Source of the DNA: Octopus vulgaris
Lineage: Eukaryota
Reading direction: 5' to 3'
Length of the DNA: 64,000 nucleotides
Assembly (NCBI GenBank): GCA_951406725.2
Contig: OX597832.1
Span: 70,990,001 to 71,054,000, forward strand
A program made the position numbers and the translations under genes. Position 1 is the first letter of the stretch. Each line of letters begins with the position of its first letter. This document shows positions 52,860 through 64,000 of the stretch, piece by piece. Below the pieces are notes generated by a model, which did no database searches, was not told where the DNA came from, and saw only the letters and a list, made by a program, of their open reading frames with translations.

Positions 52860-53208
52860 CTAATACAGAATGAATACACACACACACAAACACACACATT
52901 CTTTCTCTCCCTCTCTCTCCCCCTCTCTCACACACATAAACAGATACACACACACACTCATATACATACATGCATGCATACATACATACATACATACATA
53001 CATACATACATACATACATACATACATACATACATACATACATACATACATACTTACATACATATCATCATCATCGTTTAACGTCCGCACGGGTTGGACG
53101 ATTTGACTGAGCTCCGGCAAACCAGATGGCTGCACCAGGCACCAGTCTGATGTGGCAGACTTTCTACAGCTGGATGCCCTTCCTAACGCCAACCACTCCG
53201 AGAGTGTG

Positions 53209-53239
<31 letters not shown>

Positions 53240-53249
53240 GATGATGATG

Positions 53250-53280
<31 letters not shown>

Positions 53281-53423
53281 TGTATGTATGTATGTATGTA
53301 TGTATGTATGCCTGCATGTATGTATATGAGTGTATGTGTGTATCTGTTTATGTGTGTGAGAGAGGGAGAGAGAGGGAGAGAAAGAATGTGTGTGTTTGTG
53401 TGTGTGTATTCATTCTGTATTAG
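52860..53423. repeat. Inverted duplication of microsatellite-rich DNA
   Basis: Arms 52860-53080/53235-53423. The spacer holds a small RTE-tail-like SINE piece (53065-53205, minus) and (AT)n. Confidence 0.85.
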
Positions 53424-54423
53424 ACGCATGCCTGTGGGGTCTGGCTTTATCTCGGGTTCGCGTCTGGGCCAGTGCGTTGTGCCTGGGGTTTCTCATGCGC
53501 CTGTTACCGCAAAAGTATTTTTCCATCATTCTTTCAGTTGCGAAGTGCGTCCTTGCATGCATATATATACACACATATAAACATATAAATACACATATAA
53601 TACCCCTACATTTTGTACACACACGCACATACATACATGCATTCACTCCCACGCACTTACACACACACATTTACATATATATATACAATACACGCACACA
53701 CGTACAAACACACACGAATTCACATACACACCGACACATATACATACACACAACATATACCTCCACGCGCACGCACACATACACATACGTACACACATAT
53801 AAGCACAGACACACACATACATACGCACACCAAAACATGCGCACACATACATACATGCACACAATTATACATATACGCACATACAAGCACACACACCCAC
53901 ACATACACTTAGTTAAGCACAGTTACTCGCCATACACACAAAAAACGCACACGTACACACACACATACTACAACAAAACACACACACGAGACATATACAC
54001 GCACACATACATTCCTCCGTTTCTGACCTGCCTTCCTGACTCGCTAACTGCTGCTTGCCACTAGCCATTGCCCACCATATACACACATACACACACACGC
54101 ACACACTCACACACACACCTTTGTCATCTCGCACACTTTTGTTTACCATTCCTTCTTTGATTCCGCTCTCCTGTTTTTGAAAACATGCTCCTTCTTTTTT
54201 ACCACTTCCGCCTTTTCAGTATGTGACCTCGTGAAGACCACTTGCATTTTTTTCCCTCTGTCCTCCCACCTCGGGATCTTTCTTTCTCCTATGTTTCCGA
54301 CGAAGAGCTCCGCTCGAAACGTCATACCCTCCTTCTTCCCTTCTTTCCTGAGCGTCCAATAATACTTTATTTGTTCCACATCCTCGCGTTGTTGTCTTTT
54401 TGTTTTCTTGTTTGGATTAACTT
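53424..54423 (+). mobile_element. 3' UTR fragment of the Neptune-type PLE family
   Basis: Same order as 13290-12480: GC island, CA-rich tract, HHR, ..ttgtttggattaa..(AT)n. Confidence 0.8.
54293..54327 (+). ncRNA. Minimal hammerhead motif, U4C variant
   Basis: Identical to the reverse complement of 12569-12603. Confidence 0.65.
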
Positions 54424-54505
<82 letters not shown>

Positions 54506-54508
<3 letters not shown>

Positions 54509-55912
54509 CTGATTGTTGCGTCTGTTTTATGTATGGACAAGATTTTAACTTCTATGTTGTTGATTGAGCCCCCGTGTTCCTGCTATGGTATGGTGGGACA
54601 GAAGGCTTAAGGAACGCCTGACACAGAACTCCATACTCGTGAACATGTACTCTCACTATGTTGATAATATCAACATAGGGGTAAAGGCACCCCTACAAGA
54701 GAGTATTCTTGAAATAGAAATAGAAACTAATACTATGGAGAGCATTCAGCAAATAACTAACTCCATCCACCAGAGTATTAAGGTCACGATAGACTACCCC
54801 ACTAAACACCCTAACCATAGACTACCAGTACTAGACACAGAACTCTGGCTGGAAACTGAGAATAATAAAACCCGAATCCTTCATTCGTACTATGCCAAAC
54901 ATATGGCCTCCAAATACTTGATCCACCGGAACTCAGCTATCGCGGACAATGCCAAATTCAATATTTTGATGGCAGACCTCGTCAGAATAATGCGAAACGT
55001 GTCCCGCATGTGCGAGCCTACAGAGTTATGCAGTTCTCAGGTTACAGCATGCAGTTCTCAGGTTACAGCCATAAAGAAAGGATCAGAGTATACAAAGAAG
55101 CCATGAAGAAATTTGATACTATCTTATGTAATGATAGGAATGGGATTTGCCCACTCTATAGGAGCAAGTCATGGAACACTATTGAAAGGACTAAGAAGAA
55201 AATAGGGAAGGCCAAATCTTGGTATGATAGCCACAAATACCAGAGTGTCATGTTCGTCGACACCACCCCTAGAGGCGAACTGGCGTACCGCTTTAGAAGG
55301 GCCCTAGACAAACTTAAGCTAAGGATTAAGGTTGTTGAAAAGCCAGGCAACCCTATCAAATCCCTAATTGGTAGGACCTACCCTTTTAGCAGAACCCCCT
55401 GTACGGATAGGAACTGTATTGTGTGTAGATTTAGCCCACAAACAAACTGTAAAGCCGGAAATGTAGTCTATAGTATAAGATGTATAGATTGACGATGCAG
55501 TAACAAGACAACGACATACGTAGGGGAACTGGCACGGAGCATAGGAGAGCGGGTAAATGCACATTGGAGAGAACTTAAGGAAGAAAAGAGTTCATCGATT
55601 CTGTACCAACACGCCGAGCAGGAACACGGGGGCTCACTCAACAACATAGAAGTTAAAATCTTGTCCACACATAGATCAGACGCAACAATCAGACAAATTA
55701 CGGAAGCTACACACATAATAGAAGATAAACCTAGCCTGAATAGGAAACTGGAACGGAACACTAGCACACACCACAGCATATAACAGAAGAAGATCCCCAT
55801 AAACTGGTAACAATATAAACAAAACTAAAAACATAATAAAATAATATAATATAATAAAATACACAGATAAATAAACAAATGGAAGTAAATAACTATATAC
55901 ATTAAAAATAAA

Positions 55913-55980
<68 letters not shown>

Positions 55981-56379
55981 GTAGGTGTAAACACATGAAC
56001 AAAATAAAAATAAACAAAAACAAAAAACAAATTACTCGAACGTATATAAACAGGAGATACAAATATTACAGGCACTTCCCCCCCCCACACACACACACAC
56101 TAACTAAACATAGACACACATAGAGGTATACGCATGCGCAAATGAAGACACATACAATAGGAATACAAAATACAAAATGGCTGACCGTTAGTAAGGAGAG
56201 ACACACAAATAAGAAAGAAGAAAGCAAAGGACCACTGGCGAGGTCACAGGAGTGTGACGAAAGAACTCTGGCCGAAATAAGATTAATGTAAAAAATGAAT
56301 AACGCTGAAGCAAAGTAACACCAAATATATAGTGCATGTGTTTTTATTGGCTAAACTGGTGAAATGACCATTTCTAAAT

Positions 56380-56388
<9 letters not shown>
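54506..56388 (+). mobile_element. 5'-truncated PLE with inverted 5' segment and terminal HHR
   Basis: RT C-terminus (YVDN, LPVLD, YYAKHMAS) and GIY-YIG (NVVYSIRC..YVGELARSIGERVNAH..LYQHAEQEH..LNRK) at 54584-55783. 54506-54583 is an inverted copy of 55617-55696. Ends aaatacaacaa(TA)n. Confidence 0.9.
56230..56273 (+). ncRNA. Degenerate minimal hammerhead motif
   Basis: GACCA-CUGGCGA-G-GUCAC-aggagu-GUGAC-GAAA-GAAC-UC-UGGCC (A6G change). Confidence 0.6.
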
Positions 56389-56471
<83 letters not shown>

Positions 56472-56599
56472 TCACACAGAATCTACCAAACCAAACAAGT
56501 CTGAGCGTTCCGAGGAGTAAAACAATAATAATAATGGCTCTTTACATATTGCCAGGCAGTTTAAGCAGCGAAGAATGTCTTAGTTAAGTACTCGTAGTC

Positions 56600-57010
56600 T
56601 TCTTCCTGGGCCAGGATGTTTTTCTTCTTTGCACTGCTTGACTTTTTTGTTCACTGAGGTTTCCCATGCTGTTTTCTGCTAACTTTTTCAAAATCTTTGC
56701 ATCAATGTAACACTTGGTCAGAGCTCAGCTTTGATCGTCCTCTGGATCTACTTCCCTGAGCCGCCTCGCCATTTAACAACTGCTTGGGAATTCTGTTGTC
56801 ATCCATCGACTTGACATGTCCAAAAGGATCTTAATTTCCATTTGCACAAAATAGTTGTCATGCTCGGAAGTGCTGCCTTGTTTCAAGACTTCTGTGTTAG
56901 TTACTTCGTTTTGCCAAAGGATCTCAGGCAAGCATCTCAGATGAAAAACTTTGAGTTTCTTCTCTTGTACTCTGCATAGTGTCCAGCTCACTGCAGTGAA
57001 TTTGCCTTTA
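56600..57010 (-). mobile_element. Degraded RTE-like LINE fragment
   Basis: SWTLCRVQEKKLKVFHLRCLPEILWQNEVTNTEVLK. Confidence 0.65.
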
Positions 57011-57158
57011 GAAGTTGAAATACGTCACAAACATACTTTGACTAACAAAGTTTGTTTGTGTGTATGTGTGTGTGTGTGTGTGCGTGTATGTGAGAGAGAA
57101 AGAGAAAGCGAATGTGTGGGTGCATGTGTATGTGTGTGAGAGAGAGAAAGAGAGAGAG

Positions 57159-57240
<82 letters not shown>

Positions 57241-59317
57241 CGTATTATGGCCTCGATATAGTTCCTATCTATCATACCCACTCACAAGGTACTGGTCGGC
57301 CCGGAGCGATAATTGCCCAAGGTGCCATGCTATAGGTATGAACTCGAAACCATGTGACTGCAAAGTGATCTTAACCACCCAACCGTGCCTGCTCGTCCTG
57401 AAGATGACTGCAGTATCAATGCGGCAGTTCATCAGTTGCAGCTTGCAATCCCGAAACCAATCCAAGACAAGCTTACGATGGTTAACCCTTATATGGTCGA
57501 CTCATCTGCTAAGAAATACTAGTAAACTCTTCTACAAATTACTTCCTATCATCTTCGAAATAGAACACATTGGATAATATAATCCTCGATATACTACTGC
57601 AGATTATCCACTGTATATTGCTAAGAAGGGTACATAGGATGGCTGTTACCATTCCATCTTTTAAAAGATGCGATGGTACCTGCTAGAACGTCTTTGATCG
57701 TAGATAATGTGGATCAAGACTGACTGACATGGGGCTAAACAACAACAGTCAATCAATCAATCAATCAAGATCCTGGCTCCGAACAAACTATATCATCGAT
57801 GAATAAATATATCGTTGTAGCAAAAATCAGTGCTAGTTGTAATTTCTATAGAATATCTGTAGAAATAATATATGAAGTATTCCTGAAGCAGTTGAACGTG
57901 TTACTCACACATTAAAACATTTAGTATGCTTTTGTGGTTGCATAATAAAGTACCACCATGTGCCTACAAATCATTAACAAATATGTCATAATATTCAAAT
58001 CAGGTTCAAGTTTTTTAAGTTTTTATTTTCTATCGATATTATTGTTGTAGCTGCTGTTGTTGTTGTTGTTATTTAGCACTAATGTGAATCCCAAACAAGC
58101 AAACCTTTGATCACAGACGTTCCAACTAAGACCGTCCTGTCTTCCAAGACTACATTAACCAGTATGCTTTTTCTATATTTCTAGGCTAGTTAGATGTAAT
58201 CGGGGGGGGGGGGGGTTCTGTTACTTTTCGCAGGCAGTCACTACATAGTGATACCTTTGTCAGTGTTGCTTTGTGTATTTGTCCATAAATCTGTTTGCCC
58301 ATGTTCCTTGAGAGGTGGTGGGGAGAGAAATTGAGGGAAAACAAGAAATGAGAAACAGAGATCTTTCTCCTTTTCACTCACTCAGAGAAACAGAGAGAGA
58401 CAGGGAGACAGGAATGGAGAGAAAGAGAGTGAAGGAAGGTTGTCAGAAGGAATATAAACTTTGGTTTCTGATAAAAAGATGTTTCTTAACGAAATGTTTC
58501 GTTTCGAACCTTCGCTCCTTTAAATACAGAGAAATTCTTCAGATCCTTTCCCCTTTTCTATTCCTCTTCCTCCTTCTCCTCTTCCTCCTTCTCCTCTTCC
58601 TTTTCTCTTCCTCCTTCTTTGTTTTCGTCTTCTTTTTCTTTTTCTTTCACTCTCGTTTTATCTCATTTTCATTCTCTTTCTCTCTTTCACACTTTTGTAT
58701 TATTTTTCTTTGTCTCTGTCTTTTTCTGTCAGCCTTGTTATTTCTCCCTCCCTCCCCCTCTTTCTCTTTCGCTCCTCCGTCTTCCATTTATTATTCAATA
58801 TTTATACCATTCCCATTCATTGGCTGTCATTTCCTAAATAACATCTGGAATTCAATGAAATTTCATTCCAAACTCATTTATTTTACTTCTAACCTTTTCC
58901 TGCAAACGCGTTTATAATGTAAATGTCAACATCATCATCACCATCATAAACTTCGTCATTGATATCTGCAGCAGCAACAACAACAGCAGCGGCAACAACA
59001 GAAACAACAGCGGTGACTCTATCGGAGCTACAAGACTGATCTCTGTAAAATGGATGCTCGTTGCAGTGTGGTGGATAAGAACCAAGTTTGTTTTAGTTAA
59101 TATCTCAAACTTTCCCTCTCAACGGTTTTTGTTGGCCAGACTCACTGAGAGAAGATACTTGCCCAATGTAAGATACCGTTTGAAATTCCTAATCAGAGGA
59201 TCATACCCGCATTCATTAGATAGCTAAATTAACATAGTAGACCTTAGAATACTTTGTAGAATCACGTAGAGGATTCGATCTTGGTTGGAATAGTTCTTGA
59301 ATATGCATAGAGAATCT

Positions 59318-59348
<31 letters not shown>

Positions 59349-59989
59349 GGAAAGCAATTCCGGCCATGTTTCATGGTTCACTACTTCAACAGCTCCTTTA
59401 TGGGATCCAGTGGCTAAAGACATCAGGAGGAACGACGTCCGGTTTCAGCCCCTACTCCTTGACCGATTTTGACATGACAGGGTCCCTTTCGGAAAAATGG
59501 GAACATCGCTAATGCAGAGCAACGGAAGGAGAAGAGGTATGGGAAATTGATCGATGAGTGCGGAGAACAGGGATGGACTGGCAGTGGGGGCTAGAGGTGT
59601 CTTCAGCTCTGGTGTTAAGTGCGTTCTTTCTTTCTCCTTTTTTAAATTTTTTCTTTGGTCTTTTGTTCTTTGGTTTCTTCGATACAGCATCAATGAATGA
59701 CAGCAGGCAAATAACCATCCTGCCAAATTTTCTTTTAAAAACTCCAGCACCAGCTAACTGTCAATTGACACTATCTAAGCTTCAACTGACCAATAGAGGG
59801 AAAGGACGCGTAGTTTTGACCCGCGCCCTCTCTAAACCTATCTTCCAACGGCGTCAGTTCCAGCAGCCAGAGCCGACCAGCTATTTCGTGGTACAAGCCT
59901 TCGAACCAGGAGGAGGGCGCAGAGTGAACGAGATCACTCACTTAGCTCACTTAAGTGCTAGCCAACCTCACCTAGTGACACTACTTCCC

Positions 59990-61703
59990 AGTTATGGCTT
60001 TCGAGCCATTTCAGGTCTTTTACTTTCAGCCATATATAGAAGCTGGCTTTTGTTGACAGCCTCCTGTATGCTCCTTATTACTTTTCTCAGCTCTGAGCTC
60101 AAAAATGCAAACCTTCTTTTAAATAACATTGTCATTTTCCTTTCAGTGAAGCCTCTAGCCCCCACTGTCAGGTGGCAATACTCGACAGTCCATCCCTGTT
60201 CTCCGCACTCATCGATCAATTTCCCATACCTCTTCTCCTTCCGTTGCTCTGCATTAGCGATGTTCCCACGGCACTGTCAGCTCTAGCAAAATTCCAATTT
60301 TCCGTTTTGTGTTCCATAGGATGAAGTCCGGTCTTTTTGTCATTTTTATGAGTGGAAATAATAACAGTCTTTTCAAATCTGCAGCCAGCTCTCAGTATCT
60401 CTTCCATCTTTCGTTTCTCTTGTATACTTTTTTTAAAGGCCTGGTCTTATGTCCTTTTCTCTCCTTCTGGAAGTATATTTCCCACGCTTTTCCACTTTTG
60501 TGTACTCTCCCTATTATATCTCTCGATCCTTTTGAGTGCTGCATTTATGACACCGAGGACTTGATTGTGACGTCATGTGTATCTATCTAGTGCTAGCCTG
60601 CAGTTTGACAGAACAAGTCTCACCATCCTTTATCTCCGCATCTACATTCATCAGTATGTTCCACCGGACTAAATTGGCTGGTGAAGGCAAAACGTCGAAA
60701 GTAGACTTGATCAGGAAGGATGTTCTTGCTTGTTCCCAAGCCTAAAATTCCTTCCATGAGGCACTGTCCCATTGCACCAAATGTACATTTCGCCTTTCTT
60801 TTTCCTCCTTTCTCACTTCGTGTACCACTGCCTCTTTCATCTCTTTTACACTGCTCTTGCAAAATGGTTTGAAATTGTGCAACCATAGACCGGCTCTTGC
60901 TTCTTGCATCGCTCCGACTATATCGGCATACCATAGCTTTCTGATCGTGTAGTTTACTGCCTCTTCCACTTTCCATTTCCTCTTTGTTCATACCTATGGT
61001 GGGTCGAATGTTCTGATCTTTCGAATACTTTGCATCATTATTATCTTTGCCATATATTCTTCGGCGATTGATATTAACGGTAGTTGCAGCATGGGTTTTC
61101 CATACAGTACAGTTGTATTCAGTGGTTTTGGAAGACCAAGCTATTTTCTGATAAACACACTGCATCTATTGAAAAGTTTGCAAGACGCAACTAAATCTTT
61201 AGAAAAATAAAGGAAATAAGTGGCAATTTTACCGGTGAGTGTGTTAAATTATAAGACACTAAAGGAGAATGACTTTCCCCAGACACAGTACTGCATCTTT
61301 GTTCCTTCCTTTCTACTCTACTCAAGGCTATTTTGTACATTTGCAGTGACCACATTATCCTTGGGTACAGTCCAAATTGCAGTATCCAGCATTTGAATTT
61401 CCTTGCTAATGTTCTGTCAATTGCCTTTAGTCACTGTTCAACTAAATCATGTGTTTCTTTGCTTCTTATCATTTAGTAAATCTGTACCATCTGCTGAAAC
61501 TCTTTGCTGGTTGTTCTTTCCTAACTCTTCACCTCCTATCCTGAATTTCGCTTCTTTTTGGACTCCCTTCACGAAAGCCATGCTTCGTGATTTTTTGTCT
61601 TTGAATTTCATTCTCGCCCATCCTATTCATCCAGCCGATCTAACATTCCATCTGCTGCTTCTCTACCTTCTGATAATATAGTAATGTCGTCCATAAAACC
61701 CTT
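59990..61703 (-). mobile_element. 5'-truncated HERO/NeSL-like (RLE) LINE, degraded
   Basis: GFMDDIT, WARMKFK..KSRS, QFGLYPRIMW, KWKVEEAV..DIVGAMQEARAGL, FLIKSTFDVLPSPANLVRW, LELTVPWE, KRYGKLIDEC..GW..VGARGF. Confidence 0.8.
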
Positions 61704-61828
61704 AATATATATATAAAATGATTTATAAGTGGTTAACGTTTAAAAAATTACCATATCGGTAAAATTAATTTTTAAGTATGTAATTATAAAAATTTAATTA
61801 TTATTTATATATTTTATAATTATATACT

Positions 61829-61887
<59 letters not shown>

Positions 61888-62092
61888 AAATGAGGGATAT
61901 TATTATCCTGGCAGATAACACTTTACTCCATGTAAAGTGCCAAGGCTAGTTTTCAGGTATATTTCCTAAAAACTACCATCCAATGTTATGGTTTATTTCC
62001 TGGCTGTTTAGGGTGTAAGATCACAAGACCAAGACCAAGCAGACAATCTGAATGTTCAAATTCTTCGTTTCCCTTATTATTATATATATTAT

Positions 62093-62443
62093 ATATATTG
62101 TTGTATTTCAGGATAGCCATTTTCTTTTGCCAAATAAACACACGCACTATATATTTGCCCTTCACTTGTTTTATTACTGTTCTTATTTTAACTCATGTCC
62201 ATTGTTCGGAAATCTTTCGTCACACAACTGTGATCTCTTCAGCAACACTTTTCGTTTTCATGTGTACTTTTGCTGGAGTAATGAAGTAGGTGGAGCAAGA
62301 GCACACACGAAAACAAAAAGTGTCTGTGAAGAGGTCACAGATGCATGACAAAAGATTTCCGGACACTGGACATGAGTTAGAATAAGAACAGTGATAAAAC
62401 GAGTGAAGGACAAATATATAATGCATGTGCTTATTTGGCAAAA
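62093..62443 (-). mobile_element. PLE 3' terminus with inverted duplication (family of 54506-56388)
   Basis: Arms about 62125-62272/62295-62443. The minus end aaatatatagtgcgtgtgttt..ggc..aaatacaacaatatat matches 56324-56390. Confidence 0.75.
62203..62247 (-). ncRNA. Minimal hammerhead motif (mutated mirror copy at 62320-62366 on plus)
   Basis: UGUUG-CUGAAGA-G-AUCAC-aguugu-GUGAC-GAAA-GAUU-UC-CGAACA. The mirror copy has intact stem I GUGUCUG/CGGACAC but core lesions. Confidence 0.65.
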
Positions 62444-64000
62444 ACTTTTTAAATGATCATTAGTCTGGTTATAAGTATACACTCAAACCAACACTGACCG
62501 GTATCTTTAGCTACGTTAGTTAATGTCAAAGCCACAATCTGGAGAAGCTAACATTTTCAAGCAACGAAAGAGACCAGCTAACATGAACGAGCTTTACTGA
62601 AACAATAAAAATATGCAAGATTTTATTAAATTGTGATATGTAAGCGTTATCGTTGTTGTCAGCCCAACTCTAATGATGGAGCTTTCGTTTCTTAGTTGAA
62701 AATCAGCTCCCTCACTCCAGAAAGAATGCTAAAAACTATGAAAAGAATAAAGATCTATACACACACACACACATTTAAATACGCACACACGTATGTATGT
62801 ATATATGTACACACATTAAATAAGCAAGGATTACACACCATGGAATGGGGTTCAATACATCAGTAATGATCTTCATACTCACAAGTTCGGATTCTGTAAT
62901 CCCTGTTTATCAATTAACCTGAATGTGTTTGAGCATTTAAGTGTTTATTTATCTGAAAGCCTGTAAATGTGCTTCACTTTTCACTTTATGCTTCCTCAGA
63001 TGGATGTGTATATTAATTTCTACATCAACTGGGACTGCGAGTTAACGTTTGCTAAGTGTATTTATAAAAGGTCTTTCTGATTTTCTTACTAATTAAGCAC
63101 TCTGGAAAAGCTATTGATCTTCAGCCATTAAACCATTACATTGGAAAGGCATAAGAAAACATCAATTAATCTCTAAAGGCCTACAAATGCGTAGATACCT
63201 CCTTAAAAACATTAACGACATCCCAGTACAACATGCAATCCCAATAAGGAGTAACAGAACATCGTAATAAGATACACATTTCAGTTTTCCTTTTAATTTT
63301 TTAATACTTTCTCTCTTCAAATAGTATTTTGTGCGTTATTAATAAATGAAACGAGACCTAATTTCTGTAATAACTTATCACATAACAAACAGAATCTCTG
63401 ACGACATTCCAGGAGTTGAAACACAAAATACCAATTACACAATTTGGTGGGGGGTTCATATGTTTTCTTTTCTCTTCAAATTATACACTGTATTTAATTG
63501 GTTAAAGTAACCACCCTTAATAAATACACACAACAGCTGCTAGGTTGCAGCATCACAAGACATCTAAATGGATATGCATGTGCAGTGAATAAACACACAG
63601 TAACCCATTAAAGTAAACATGTACACACCTACATATACGGAACCATTCGATTAAATAGGTAAAGATACAGACATAAGCATTCCGATGCTAAACAGGTGAA
63701 ACGATCAAAGAGACAGGCAAAAATCTACAAACAGGCGTTTATGTGCGCACGTAAAAACTAACACACACGAGGGGAAATAATATGAATGCAAAACAAAAAA
63801 GAACGAATGCCTCATTTTTTTTTAAAAGCAAAACAAGAAATTAAGAAGGATTTAACCTGAAGAGTCAAATTATGGCAAAACTAATCGTATTTCTAACAGT
63901 ATGAAGGAATATCCAATTATTAGGTATGTGTGTGAATGTGCGTGTATGCATGTATTTATTGTTCTCTTCAGTCTATGATTGAGAGTTATTGTGCTTGAAA

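Noticed and set aside
55490-55492. In-frame TGA inside the GIY-YIG domain as a possible selenocysteine
   Set aside because: It aligns with Gly (CIEGAC) in the related copy at about 22140, not with Cys. The endonuclease is C-terminal, unlike selenoprotein-coding Naiads. Most likely a GGA-to-TGA mutation.
59358-59435. Minus-strand CTGATGT..GAAACATGGC
   Set aside because: Two core lesions and poor stems I and II.
63398-63425. CTGACGA..GAAAC
   Set aside because: No stem III, cleavage triplet or stem I partner.

Overview
Eukaryotic, AT-rich, microsatellite-saturated intergenic or intronic DNA. The SINE families and the repeat landscape point to an octopod cephalopod (Octopus); this is inferred from sequence recognition, not verified. 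I could not support any host protein-coding exon. Almost all listed ORFs are translations of simple repeats or pieces of transposons. Recognisable elements: (1) a full-length Tx1-type LINE with an 18-bp TSD (42444-47595), plus two older relics; (2) several Penelope-like elements (PLEs; RT plus C-terminal GIY-YIG); (3) RTE, CR1-group, R4/Dong and HERO-like LINE fragments; (4) an internally deleted Tc1/mariner; (5) Helitron-like ends; (6) three or four tRNA-derived SINE families. The main signal not shown by the ORF track is about 15 type-I hammerhead ribozyme (HHR) motifs from at least 8 unrelated sequence families. Most lie a short distance upstream of an (AT)n tract. They occur either in PLE termini or in short non-coding units with an inverted 5' duplication (retrozyme-like or truncated PLE ends). 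Several have very long stem II helices, and two families carry a fixed U4C core variant. The window also has many fold-back duplications: some are PLE-type inverted ends, others are inverted copies of flanking DNA nucleated at (AT)n. One SINE shares its 3' tail with the Tx1 LINE. All pairings and alignments were done by eye.
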